64,000 nt of DNA from a virus. Below, piece after piece: positions 9,959 through 19,665 of this stretch (position 1 is the first letter of the stretch; each line of letters starts with the position of its first letter). The position numbers and the translations under genes are program-made. The notes under the pieces are model-generated. The model saw only the letters and a program-made list of their open reading frames with translations. It was not told the origin of the DNA and made no database searches. The DNA lies in the IMG/VR virus record IMGVR_UViG_3300042341_001047; one strand, written 5' to 3'.

Positions 9959-9989
9959 CAAATATAGTAATTATTTTCTAGATTCCAAA
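9959..9989 (-). promoter_or_regulatory. Bacteroidota-type promoter (TTTG-N19-TATATTTG)
   Basis: Perfect -33/-7 consensus and spacing. Confidence 0.75.
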
Positions 9990-10366
9990 ATATCACCAAT
10001 AGTTGTTTTAGAATAACCTATCATTTTTTCAACCCCTAAGATATGATTAATTCTTTTTTGTCTTAAAACATCTTTTGGATAAACAGAGTTTAAATCAATC
10101 AACCGACCAGTTGAATAAGTATGCTTAGTTACTCTGATACCTCTTTTACTCACATACTCAACATATTTTGGTTGAAATTCTTCTGGTAGGTATTCATAAC
10201 CAACACATTCATATCCATTACAATAATATCTACCACAATCACAATTCCAATAATAGTAATCATCATCGTAATCATCATCCCAATAACCCCAATAGTAATC
10301 ACTACCAAGTTCAGCCTTGGTTATTATCTTATCAAGAATTTCTGTTCTATTTTTTCTCAGTGCCAT
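9971..10366 (-). CDS. Hypothetical protein (Tyr/Asp/Cys-rich segment; RQKRINHIL motif)
   Basis: ORF track. Confidence 0.6.
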   Translation of the reverse strand: MALRKNRTEILDKIITKAELGSDYYWGYWDDDYDDDYYYWNCDCGRYYCNGYECVGYEYLPEEFQPKYVEYVSKRGIRVTKHTYSTGRLIDLNSVYPKDVLRQKRINHILGVEKMIGYSKTTIGDILESRK

Positions 10367-10754
10367 TTATTAATTCGCTTAATCTCCAATCCCTGATGTT
10401 GATTTTGAAATCATCAAAAGAATGAGAATTTGACATTATATCTATTCTTGTATTTATTTCTTTTATTAAGTCACTTATTTCCATATCTCTATTTCTACAT
10501 TGACCATCATAAACACATTCAATACTTGTTTTATTAGAAGCTAATATCCACATAGTAATATTTGAGTAAATATCAAACATTCGTTTTACTTGTGCTAAAT
10601 ACTCTTCAGCAGATTGTCTAGACTTACCAGATACATCAACATGAACGGTAAAGATAGGATTATTTAAATTTAGTTCAATTTTTTCTGGAGCAACACCATA
10701 TGAGTGAGTAAATGGATTGTTATTTATAGCATTTTGAAGATTTTGAAAAGACAT
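10347..10754 (-). CDS. Hypothetical protein
   Basis: ORF track; overlaps next gene in operon fashion. Confidence 0.6.
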   Translation of the reverse strand: MSFQNLQNAINNNPFTHSYGVAPEKIELNLNNPIFTVHVDVSGKSRQSAEEYLAQVKRMFDIYSNITMWILASNKTSIECVYDGQCRNRDMEISDLIKEINTRIDIMSNSHSFDDFKINIRDWRLSELINGTEKK

Positions 10755-10788
10755 AATAATAAATTTTTATTTATTATATCTACTTTAC

Positions 10789-11268
10789 TTAAAATGTTTC
10801 TAATACAGAAGCTGTCTTGTGGAAGATTTTATCTTTAGCTTGTTCTTTATCTAAAAATCCAGCCCAATCAATCTCTTCAATTTGAAGTCTTTCTTTTGGA
10901 ATAACTTCCGAATCTAAACCAATTTCAGAGACATCATTTATATGAACCGTATATAAAGTTATACTTTTATACTTTATGCCTTTCTTATTTTCATAAAAAA
11001 CAACAATAGGATTTTTAATATCTAATATTTGACTCTTACTAATTATAACTGAGGTTTCTTCTTTTAATTCACGAAGAGCAGCATCTAAAGTAGATTCACC
11101 TTCTTCTATACCACCTTTTGGAAATGAATAAGTTCCGAACCAACGAGAATTGGATGGATGACAAAGTAAAACTTTCTCACCTTTTAATATAATTACAACA
11201 CCGGCTGATTTCTTCATCTTGCTATCAAAAGGATCAAACTCAAAGAATTTATTGATTCTACTTAACAT
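10789..11268 (-). CDS. Nudix hydrolase
   Basis: FPKGGIEEGESTLDAALRELKEETS Nudix box. Confidence 0.9.
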   Translation of the reverse strand: MLSRINKFFEFDPFDSKMKKSAGVVIILKGEKVLLCHPSNSRWFGTYSFPKGGIEEGESTLDAALRELKEETSVIISKSQILDIKNPIVVFYENKKGIKYKSITLYTVHINDVSEIGLDSEVIPKERLQIEEIDWAGFLDKEQAKDKIFHKTASVLETF

Positions 11269-11750
11269 TATTTCATGTGTCTCACATCTTTATGTGATGA
11301 TTTAGGATTATTACTATGTGACCACAATCTAGCAAATGGAGTTTGAAAGAAATCATTATAGATTAGTGTATCATCTATATGAAGTGATATATTTTGCTCT
11401 TTACAATATTTAGCTTTAACATTATCCCAAACACCGTCTTCAAACTTCTTTTGAATAGTACCATCTGGAAACTGAATCTCTCCAGTTATGGTAGATCCTG
11501 TCTCAATTAAATAATCATATACTGAAAATTTATGTGTCCACTTGATACCAAAATCATTTAATTGTTTTTCAAAATCTTCATTCCAATGACCACCTGTTAT
11601 AAGGTGAACTTCACCACCATTCTTAACAAATGAATCAGTTAAGAATGAGAAAAAATCCGGCATTGAATCTACAACACCATGTATATCTAAACCTAGTTTA
11701 AATGTACCTGTACTAACTTCTTCATTAATCATTTCACTGAATTTTAACAT
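11268..11750 (-). CDS. HAD-superfamily-like protein with CTS-like N-terminus
   Basis: GLDIHGV, LITG, K...HIDD motifs; MLKFSEMINEE. Confidence 0.65.
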   Translation of the reverse strand: MLKFSEMINEEVSTGTFKLGLDIHGVVDSMPDFFSFLTDSFVKNGGEVHLITGGHWNEDFEKQLNDFGIKWTHKFSVYDYLIETGSTITGEIQFPDGTIQKKFEDGVWDNVKAKYCKEQNISLHIDDTLIYNDFFQTPFARLWSHSNNPKSSHKDVRHMK

Positions 11751-11772
11751 AAACTATATATAAAATTTATTT

Positions 11773-12171
11773 CTACAATAAATTTCGCCAACCCCCTCTT
11801 TCAACCGGAATTACTTTACAAAGATAATCATTTTGAGAAAAAACAGCATTACAATAATAAATTTCTTCTTCTGAATTTTCAAAATGCATATCGATTTTAA
11901 GTCTCATTAAATGAGAAAACTTCCATTCTCTATTTGTGAAGTTAATATCAGTTATTCCAAGTTTATTAGCCAACTCATAAACAACAACGTGTTCATTTTT
12001 TATTCCAAGATTTTTATTTTTTTCATCATATCTTCTTGTAACTATACAAACATCATGTCCTTCTTCAATATATTTTTTTGCTAATTGTTGTATTTCCTCT
12101 TTTTGATGATTGATAATCTTTCCACCAAATTCATCATCTAAAGTCCCATCAAAATCAAAACTTATTCTCAT
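11773..12171 (-). CDS. HAD-superfamily phosphatase
   Basis: SFDFDGTL, IVTRR, K...HFEN. Confidence 0.75.
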   Translation of the reverse strand: MRISFDFDGTLDDEFGGKIINHQKEEIQQLAKKYIEEGHDVCIVTRRYDEKNKNLGIKNEHVVVYELANKLGITDINFTNREWKFSHLMRLKIDMHFENSEEEIYYCNAVFSQNDYLCKVIPVERGGWRNLL

Positions 12172-12173
12172 TT

Positions 12174-12794
12174 TTATTTATTAAAAGTTTTTTCATAAAC
12201 ATTCCTAATGGCTTTTATACCATTTGGTTGAATCTCTCTTGTTCCTATACCCGCAAAATTTTGAGAAGTTATAGAAGGAACATCTTTCATTTCAACAAAT
12301 TGAAGAGTTGAGTAAGACCATCTAAACCACTTATCTCTAACTTGATCAAATACAAATACTTCTTTTTTATTATTTATACCCATCATTACTGCATATCCGG
12401 TACCACCATCGACAATATCAAATTCACCTTTATTGTAATATCCTTTTGAATTTTTGTGACCAGATTTAATAATTGTGCTAATTGCAAATATTTGATCCGA
12501 GTATTTCACTTGAGACCAATTACGAGCTAGCAAATTCATATACTTATGAATTCCATATCTATTTAGAAACTTATTTGCTTTATTAACTTCAATAACACCT
12601 TCATTATAATCATCATCTGAAATTTCAACTTTATTAGGTGATGTGTGTTTAGGTGTTTTATGAGAGTAGGCTCTGGTAGTAACATCATAGGTAACTCCTT
12701 CGTTTTCCCAGACGGTATCCGCTCCGACTGCACCACCAGAATGACAAACTACTTTTGTCAAGTCAATGGGTTTTTTATCAAAAATATCAATCAT
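12174..12794 (-). CDS. SLOG/DprA-like nucleotide-binding protein
   Basis: HSGGAVGAD, LARN, GGTGYAV, FAGIGTR. Confidence 0.7.
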   Translation of the reverse strand: MIDIFDKKPIDLTKVVCHSGGAVGADTVWENEGVTYDVTTRAYSHKTPKHTSPNKVEISDDDYNEGVIEVNKANKFLNRYGIHKYMNLLARNWSQVKYSDQIFAISTIIKSGHKNSKGYYNKGEFDIVDGGTGYAVMMGINNKKEVFVFDQVRDKWFRWSYSTLQFVEMKDVPSITSQNFAGIGTREIQPNGIKAIRNVYEKTFNK

Positions 12795-13041
12795 TTAGTA
12801 TTTTGTTTATTAAAAATTCTCTCTTTATCGATAAATCCTTTTCAAAAAATAGATTTATCGAATTTTCTCCACTAAAAGAGCTATAGATATTCAATTTATA
12901 TTTACAATCTTGATAATGTTTATCTAAGTATTTAATTATTAAATATCTAGCATCATCTATATTGGTTACTTTATCACTATACGGAACATCAAAACTCTCC
13001 ACTAAGTTTTTATTAGTTTCTAAATAAATATTTATCATCAT
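12787..13041 (-). CDS. Hypothetical protein ending KREFLINKILND
   Basis: ORF track, operon overlap. Confidence 0.6.
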   Translation of the reverse strand: MMINIYLETNKNLVESFDVPYSDKVTNIDDARYLIIKYLDKHYQDCKYKLNIYSSFSGENSINLFFEKDLSIKREFLINKILND

Positions 13042-13904
13042 AGTTTTACCTCCATACCTTGAGTGTTCCAGATGGCCAATGCACCATCCATCCTAAAATA
13101 CAGGTCTCTTATATCAATCGGTTCATTAAAAATGTATTTTTTAAGACAAAGAAAAAATCTATTTCCATTACAACCAACCATTTCTTTATGTAAGATATTA
13201 TTACCTACATCAATATAAGAATTAATTCTAAAATTCTCAACTCTTTCTACCGTAAATATCTTAGTACTAAATACTAAATCGATTGTATCCAATATTTCTT
13301 TAATCTCTGAGAAATCATTAAATGAATAAATCACTTCATCGTTTTTAATACAAGCAATTTTTAATCCTAAATGATTATATTTATTTATAACATCTTCAAT
13401 AATAACACGTTGTGCTTTACCCTGTCTCTTTGGATTAATATTACCGAATATATATTGTCGGAATTGTTTAGAGTGGTTAAAAATCTCAGGGAAATCAAAT
13501 TTTGATAAGAAATCTTCATATGAGTTTCCCAATTCATTTAGGAAATCAGGATCATATTTTTTAAGAACCTTCCAGTTTGCTTTTTTAATATCTATAGATA
13601 TATACTTACAATCTTCTGAATATTCAAAGTTTTTAGTAACTGGATAATCAGGTATTAAATTATCATCTTGAAGCTCATTATAAGCTCTTGTATTTTTGAG
13701 AAAATCAATTATCTGATTTGATTTTTCAATTCTATATTCATAAAGATCACCATACTTTTCTTCAGCTTCTTCATAAAGTCTAATTAACTCTTTAATATTT
13801 TTCCACTTCTCCAACTTAGAGAATTGTTCTATATAATAGTCAAAGTGTTCGTATTCGGGAACACTTATGTCCATTAATTTACAAAATCCTTTTACGTCTT
13901 TCAT
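13038..13904 (-). CDS. Conserved hypothetical protein, possibly degenerate polymerase palm
   Basis: ISIDIKKAN and KNDEV segments resemble polymerase motifs A and C; weak. Confidence 0.4.
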   Translation of the reverse strand: MKDVKGFCKLMDISVPEYEHFDYYIEQFSKLEKWKNIKELIRLYEEAEEKYGDLYEYRIEKSNQIIDFLKNTRAYNELQDDNLIPDYPVTKNFEYSEDCKYISIDIKKANWKVLKKYDPDFLNELGNSYEDFLSKFDFPEIFNHSKQFRQYIFGNINPKRQGKAQRVIIEDVINKYNHLGLKIACIKNDEVIYSFNDFSEIKEILDTIDLVFSTKIFTVERVENFRINSYIDVGNNILHKEMVGCNGNRFFLCLKKYIFNEPIDIRDLYFRMDGALAIWNTQGMEVKL

Positions 13905-13905
13905 A

Positions 13906-14235
13906 TTAGTTTAATACCTGTTTTATTTTTTCGTCTCTTTGATAAGCTTTATAATCTTCTCCTTCCGTGATAAAATATTCTGACATTTCTTGTTCAGTAA
14001 AATAATACCACTTTATTCTCTCACTATATGGTAAATTCCACCAATCTTTTCTACCAGAATGATATCCATGTTGATCATCTTCAACACAAAAACCATATCC
14101 TTTTCTACCATTAACTTCTGGATCAGCATTAAATTCTAAATTACCTCTTCCTTTGATATCATAATGACTACCAACTTTAATAGTTTTGTATTCTTTGACA
14201 CAAACAACTCTTTGACAATCCCATCTATCTTCCAT
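13906..14235 (-). CDS. Hypothetical protein ending RDEKIKQVLN
   Basis: ORF track. Confidence 0.6.
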   Translation of the reverse strand: MEDRWDCQRVVCVKEYKTIKVGSHYDIKGRGNLEFNADPEVNGRKGYGFCVEDDQHGYHSGRKDWWNLPYSERIKWYYFTEQEMSEYFITEGEDYKAYQRDEKIKQVLN

Positions 14236-14392
14236 CGAATAGTTTTTTAATTTTATATTTTCTAGCTTTTATAACATTAACTCTACATCTTAACTTGGAT
14301 AACTCTGAGTAAACATCAGTTACATTCATAGCACCGTAGCTCGAGTTCAAAATCATCTTGTAATAAGCTAATTTACTTTCTAATTCTCTCAT
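14225..14392 (-). CDS. Unannotated 55-aa protein with PolB motif-B-like KMILNSSYG and RKYKIKKLF tail
   Basis: Manual translation MRELESKLAYYKMILNSSYGAMNVTDVYSELSKLRCRVNVIKARKYKIKKLFDGR; ATGA overlap with upstream gene and overlap with downstream start. Confidence 0.7.
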   Translation of the reverse strand: MRELESKLAYYKMILNSSYGAMNVTDVYSELSKLRCRVNVIKARKYKIKKLFDGR

Positions 14393-14994
14393 AAATCTCC
14401 GTGATGGTCAATTTTTTCCATAGTTCTCTTTGACATTATATTAGTAATATCACCTATGTTAAAAGGTCGATATTCACCAAACATTTTATAAGCAACATCA
14501 ACTCCAACGTCCATAGAACGACCAAAGTCTGGGATAGAACCGTGTGAGTGACCATAAAGATGTATAACACCTTTGTGACTACCTAACCAAACTCGATGTG
14601 AGTAGTGAGAAAGGAATAGTTTTGTTTTACCAATATCTAAAGTTAAAACATCTTGAACTGATGAAAAAAGTTCAATTGGGTTAAATGATGTATCGTGATA
14701 TTTTATTTCTTTGTCTACTATGTGTTGGTCATGATTTCCTAAAATAAGATGTACATTTTTACAAACAATGTAGTTTCTAAATTGAAGTATGTTATGAACT
14801 CCACCGAAACTCCAATCACCTAAGTGATAAAGAATATCATCTTCTTTAACATATTTGTTGATACCATCAACAAGTGCCATATTCATTTCATGTACAGAGT
14901 TAAAATCTCTATATCCTGAAGACCAGTTCGATATTTTGGGACCAGCTATGTTAGTGTGTCCAAAGTGTGTGTCTGATGTAAACCATATATTCAT
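14389..14994 (-). CDS. Calcineurin-like metallophosphoesterase
   Basis: SDTHFGH, LGD, GNHD, HLYGHSH. Confidence 0.9.
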   Translation of the reverse strand: MNIWFTSDTHFGHTNIAGPKISNWSSGYRDFNSVHEMNMALVDGINKYVKEDDILYHLGDWSFGGVHNILQFRNYIVCKNVHLILGNHDQHIVDKEIKYHDTSFNPIELFSSVQDVLTLDIGKTKLFLSHYSHRVWLGSHKGVIHLYGHSHGSIPDFGRSMDVGVDVAYKMFGEYRPFNIGDITNIMSKRTMEKIDHHGDL

Positions 14995-15063
14995 AATACA
15001 AATATAAGGATTTAAAATAAAAAAACCACTCTATTGAATGGTTTTCTAATTTTTTTCAGATTT

Positions 15064-15828
15064 TTATTTTTTGACTTCTTTCCAAAAGTGCTTTTGTCCA
15101 GGTTCTTCTTGAATTTTCCCATCTTTAAATGCAAACTTTTTCAAACCACCAACTGGTATTTTATATGAATCGGACTGATTAGGTGGGGTAGGTGGAGTAT
15201 CAGTAGAATCTTTGAATCTACCAGTAAACTTATCATTTTCAGGTCTATAATAACCAACAGCCGCACTATCAGTACCATCATATCCAAAAAATTCAAGAAT
15301 CTTAGTTAATAACCAACTAACCACAAACGATCCTATCCAATATAAAGCAGCAATAGAACCACTACCATCTGTCATAAATAATCCTGTAACAAATGCCGGT
15401 AATCCAAACCAACCAGCAATATTCAATCCGAATAAATATTTAAGAGTTGCCAATATTTTTACTATAATGTTTTCACCTTCTACTGTATGCCACTCATCAC
15501 TTTGACTCTCTTTAACAGGACTTAGTTTAAGAGCCTCTATCATTTTAGAAACATTTTTTGAATCTAACTCTGGAGTAATTGTTCCAAAATTTTTCATCAT
15601 AAAGTCATATATTTTCTTTAATGATTCTTTACTTGGTTTTATAGAATTCAAAATATCATGACCTTTATCTTCTAACCATTTCTCAACAGGTTTAACCATT
15701 GTGTTTTTTATTTCATTATAGATTGATTTATAAACATCAGCTGCTCCAGCGATTGGATCAACTGGCATAAACATCATGTCCATAGTTTCATTTACATTGA
15801 AAGATTCAAATTTTTTAATATATTTCAT
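15064..15828 (-). CDS. Membrane-hairpin protein, PVDPI paralog family, CTS-like N-terminus
   Basis: MKYIKKFESFNVNETMDMMFMPVDPI; two hydrophobic segments; paralog of 56682 and 62210. Confidence 0.7.
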   Translation of the reverse strand: MKYIKKFESFNVNETMDMMFMPVDPIAGAADVYKSIYNEIKNTMVKPVEKWLEDKGHDILNSIKPSKESLKKIYDFMMKNFGTITPELDSKNVSKMIEALKLSPVKESQSDEWHTVEGENIIVKILATLKYLFGLNIAGWFGLPAFVTGLFMTDGSGSIAALYWIGSFVVSWLLTKILEFFGYDGTDSAAVGYYRPENDKFTGRFKDSTDTPPTPPNQSDSYKIPVGGLKKFAFKDGKIQEEPGQKHFWKEVKK

Positions 15829-15929
15829 AATATAAGTAATTTTTTATAACATATATATTATTTTTCTAAATATATTTTTCATCAAACTATCATTTTTTAG
15901 ATATATAAACTATAAAAAAATCGTATTTA

Positions 15930-16802
15930 ATGAAAAATCTATCATCTCAAGTTGGTCAAACTCCACTAATTCAAATATCAGAAAGAATCTTTGCAAAATT
16001 CGAAGGTCAAAATCCAAGTGGATCCATAAAAGATAGAATGGCATCTTTTATAATCAATGATGCTGAAAAAAACAATCTTATTAAAAAAGGTGATACAATT
16101 ATTGAAGCAACATCAGGAAACTCTGGAATTGCTTTTGCTTTCTTAGCAGCAGAAAGAGGTTATAAATGTATTATTATTATGCCTTCTAATATGAGCGAAG
16201 AACGAAAACAAATGTTAAGAATTTATGGAGCTGAACTTATTGAAGTTCCTGATGGTAAATTTGATGATGCGATTGCTTTAAGAGATAAAATGGCTAAAGA
16301 AAATGGATACTTTAACCCTAATCAATTTCATAACCCTCTAAATATACAAGCTCATTATGAAGGAACGGGTGTTGAGATTCTACACCAACACACAGAGAAA
16401 ATTGCTGCTTTTGTTGATGGAACAGGAACTGGAGGTACTCTTATGGGTATCTCTCGTCTTTTAAAGATGTATCATCCATGGATGAAAGTTGTTGCTGTTG
16501 AGCCAGCAGAATCTCCAGTTATGTCAGGTGGTCAACCAGGAATTCACGGAATTCAAGGAATTGGCGATGGTTCTAAATTCTTAGTTAATCTAAAAGAAGT
16601 TGATGATATTATGATTATATCAACTGAAGAAGCTAAAGAAAGAGCTAGAAGACTAGCTAAAGAACAAGGTTTATTTGTTGGTATCAGTTCGGGAGCTAAC
16701 ATTTTAGCATCAGAAAGGTTATTAGAAAAGTACCCGGATATGGAAGGTAATATCATTACTATATTATGTGATAGAGGAGAAAGATATCTTTCTTGTTTAT
16801 AA
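15930..16802 (+). CDS. cysK: Cysteine synthase (O-acetylserine sulfhydrylase, PLP-dependent)
   Basis: NPSGSIKDR, EATSGNSG, GTGGT, HGIQGIG, GISSGA, DRGERYLS. Confidence 0.95.
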   Translation: MKNLSSQVGQTPLIQISERIFAKFEGQNPSGSIKDRMASFIINDAEKNNLIKKGDTIIEATSGNSGIAFAFLAAERGYKCIIIMPSNMSEERKQMLRIYGAELIEVPDGKFDDAIALRDKMAKENGYFNPNQFHNPLNIQAHYEGTGVEILHQHTEKIAAFVDGTGTGGTLMGISRLLKMYHPWMKVVAVEPAESPVMSGGQPGIHGIQGIGDGSKFLVNLKEVDDIMIISTEEAKERARRLAKEQGLFVGISSGANILASERLLEKYPDMEGNIITILCDRGERYLSCL

Positions 16803-16819
16803 AAATAATATATAGTTTA

Positions 16820-18073
16820 ATGAAACACTTAAAATCTTACAACGAAGGATTCTTAGACTATTTTAAGAAAGATAGTAGTGATGACAAACTCACACTGGAT
16901 ATGATGCATCGTCTTGAAAAAGTTAAAGATAATAACCCATATGAAATTCATGATATAATGAAAGAAGATATGAGGTTACCTGCTTGGATGCAAAATGCAG
17001 CAAGTACTTCAGAAAATGGAGCTGGATCTGAATATTATAGTGTAATATACATTGTTAGATTTGATGATGTTGATGTATTAATATCAAATGATAGACATAA
17101 TCTAGTTAATGTTCAAACTGGAGCACCAGCAGGTCATAAGAAGTGTGTTAATAAGTGGAAATTATTTATTGGAAATAACACAGGTTTATGTGAAAGAATT
17201 AGATCTAAAGAATTATATCGTATAAAGTTATTTCACTTAATAGAGAAAATCTATAATGAAGATATAGAAAGAAAAAGAATTGATAGAATTCAAACTGAGA
17301 TTAACCCAGCGGCTGATTTATTAGAAGAAGGTCTTTTTGATTTCTTTTCTAAGAAGGAAACTGAAGATGATAAAATTGCTTCAGCATATATCAAAAGATT
17401 AAAGAAGGTTAGAGGTATTTGTCCTTATAAAATAACAAAAGACGATACTAGTAACGGAGATTCATACACAATAAATAAATGGGAAGTAGATTTTGAAGAC
17501 ACTCCTATTAAACTATGGTCTATAATATCTACTAGATCATCTGGATTTGATGAACAATCACAACAACTTTTACTTAGCAAAAAATTAGCAAAATATAGCA
17601 AATATGAGTTTTACGGACTAAATATTAAATGTGAAGGTGAACTTGAAAATTGTAAAGCAAGTGCTAAAGTGCTAAAAGAATTGGTTGAATTGGTAGAATC
17701 TGTATATGAAAATGATAAAGAAGCTAGAAGAATTGAACATATAAGAGTAAATATGAATGATGCTGCTGATTTAATTGGAGAATCCATATACGAAAGAGAA
17801 GTAGTATTCACTAATAAAAGAAACCCAAGATTAGTAATTGCAATTAAGAAGAATCCTGATGGTAGAATAACTGAAATTCAAAATGAAACCGGTATGAGAT
17901 TTCCTTTCTCAGTTGGTCAAATTCTAAATAGAACAGCTGAAGTTTGGGCTTGTAATAATAACTTCTTAATGGATGGTAAAGATACTTGTCCTGATAAAAA
18001 GATATTTGGTATTAAAACTAAAGATGTTCCACAAGGACACGAATGGAGACATATTTTCCCTCACAAATTTTAA
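16820..18073 (+). CDS. Internally duplicated protein with CTS-like N-terminus
   Basis: Start re-assigned to MKHLKSYNEG behind TAATATATA; repeats EGFLDYFKK..DDK / EGLFDFFSK..DDK and AADLLEE / AADLIGE. Confidence 0.65.
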   Translation: MKHLKSYNEGFLDYFKKDSSDDKLTLDMMHRLEKVKDNNPYEIHDIMKEDMRLPAWMQNAASTSENGAGSEYYSVIYIVRFDDVDVLISNDRHNLVNVQTGAPAGHKKCVNKWKLFIGNNTGLCERIRSKELYRIKLFHLIEKIYNEDIERKRIDRIQTEINPAADLLEEGLFDFFSKKETEDDKIASAYIKRLKKVRGICPYKITKDDTSNGDSYTINKWEVDFEDTPIKLWSIISTRSSGFDEQSQQLLLSKKLAKYSKYEFYGLNIKCEGELENCKASAKVLKELVELVESVYENDKEARRIEHIRVNMNDAADLIGESIYEREVVFTNKRNPRLVIAIKKNPDGRITEIQNETGMRFPFSVGQILNRTAEVWACNNNFLMDGKDTCPDKKIFGIKTKDVPQGHEWRHIFPHKF

Positions 18074-18083
18074 TATATAAACT

Positions 18084-18587
18084 ATGAAAAAAATAAAAGA
18101 TTTCAAATCATTCAATGAAGCACTAGCAGGTCATATGGGAGCGGTTCATTCAGCTACAAGGAATATGAAGTCAGCTTCTGGTGAAGAACCTTCTACTAAA
18201 TCAGATGAATTCTCACTACACATTTGTACCGATCCATTATATAAAAGGTTTGCTAACTATAACTACAAACTAAAAGATGTGGAAATTGAAAAAGTTGAGC
18301 CTAAAAAAGGATTTATGTCTAAATTATTTAGTGGTAGTTCATCTATTGATTTTACATTCACTAAAGTAAAAGACAACTCTGAAGCTTTTTTATCTTTAAA
18401 ATTAAAAGGAGATAAATTTGTTTTAGCCAATTCTTCAACAAGTGAGAACATTATGGCTACTATTCCGGATTTAGAACAAGCTAAAAAGTTTCTTAACTTT
18501 CTATTAGGACAATCCCAATGGAAAGATGAATTAACTAAGAATTTTGAAAATATAAAAGAATCGCTAACAATTGAATCTTTCAAATAA
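18084..18587 (+). CDS. Hypothetical protein with CTS-like N-terminus
   Basis: MKKIKDFKSFNE; C-terminus shared with next ORF. Confidence 0.65.
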   Translation: MKKIKDFKSFNEALAGHMGAVHSATRNMKSASGEEPSTKSDEFSLHICTDPLYKRFANYNYKLKDVEIEKVEPKKGFMSKLFSGSSSIDFTFTKVKDNSEAFLSLKLKGDKFVLANSSTSENIMATIPDLEQAKKFLNFLLGQSQWKDELTKNFENIKESLTIESFK

Positions 18588-18596
18588 AAAATAAAA

Positions 18597-19028
18597 ATGA
18601 TTATGAAACACATAAGAAAATTCAATGAATCAATTGAAAACGAAGAAATCAATGAAAACGAAATAAATGAATTCTTAAATAATGGAGTTAGAATTAATGT
18701 ATTTTTAACTGATTTACTTTATGATACAAATCTTATTTTACTTATGACCAATGGTGAGATATATGAAAGAAGAGCTGGTAATAAAAAATTCACTATTTAT
18801 TCATCAAAAGATGAATTCAAATCAAAAACTGGGGCTTCTTTAGATGATGAGTATGCTGGAAATGCTTCTCCTGCTTTAATCAATCTTTTTGGTGAGGTGG
18901 ATGATTATAGAGGTGGTTTAATTGAAATGGCTTATATTGATAGCCAATTTGATAATCCACTTTTAGATAGTATTCTAAAAAACTTTGAAAATATAAAAGA
19001 ATCATTAACAATTGAGTCTTTAAAATAA
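18597..19028 (+). CDS. Hypothetical protein with CTS-like N-terminus
   Basis: MKHIRKFNES; C-terminus KNFENIKESLTIESLK. Confidence 0.65.
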   Translation: MIMKHIRKFNESIENEEINENEINEFLNNGVRINVFLTDLLYDTNLILLMTNGEIYERRAGNKKFTIYSSKDEFKSKTGASLDDEYAGNASPALINLFGEVDDYRGGLIEMAYIDSQFDNPLLDSILKNFENIKESLTIESLK

Positions 19029-19041
19029 ATAAATAAAAACT

Positions 19042-19665
19042 ATGATAAAGAAATTTAACCAATTTGTAAAAGAAAATGTTTCACTAAGTAATTCGGCAGC
19101 TAGAATATACATTGATAGTGATGAAGCCGAAATGTTTACTACTGAACCAGCTTTGCAAAAATTAGTATCAGATAGAAAAGTATCTCTACTACCACCAGAA
19201 CTTTATTTTGAAGCAGAAGATAAAAGTACAATTGAGATACTTAAAGGATATTTTCCAGATGTTGATTTTGAGGATGATTTTGAGGATGAACATTATAGTG
19301 GTGACGATGAGGACGAGGATGATTCAGATGGATTTGACGATGATGACTACGAAATGAGTAATGAAGAAATTAACTTAAAAGGCCTTGCTGCTGGAGCAAT
19401 GATGGCTTTAATGACTGCTTGTCATAATGGTGAAATAAATGGTGAGCCATATGAAGGATATACTGGCGATATGTTAGTAAAAAAGATTGAAATGGGTGGA
19501 GGTAAATACAACCACTTTCTTGTACACGGACTTGATGAAGATGGTAAATATGTTGAATTTAGAACAGATAATCTAACTTTTAATGTAGGAGATTCTATTC
19601 ATGTTGACTTCTCAAAAGAAGAAGCTTATCCACTAGATGATAAAGAAAATATAGGAAAATTCTAA
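19042..19665 (+). CDS. Hypothetical protein with CTS-like N-terminus, acidic linker and internal lipobox-like segment
   Basis: MIKKFNQFVKE; INLKGLAAGAMMALMTAC. Confidence 0.6.
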   Translation: MIKKFNQFVKENVSLSNSAARIYIDSDEAEMFTTEPALQKLVSDRKVSLLPPELYFEAEDKSTIEILKGYFPDVDFEDDFEDEHYSGDDEDEDDSDGFDDDDYEMSNEEINLKGLAAGAMMALMTACHNGEINGEPYEGYTGDMLVKKIEMGGGKYNHFLVHGLDEDGKYVEFRTDNLTFNVGDSIHVDFSKEEAYPLDDKENIGKF

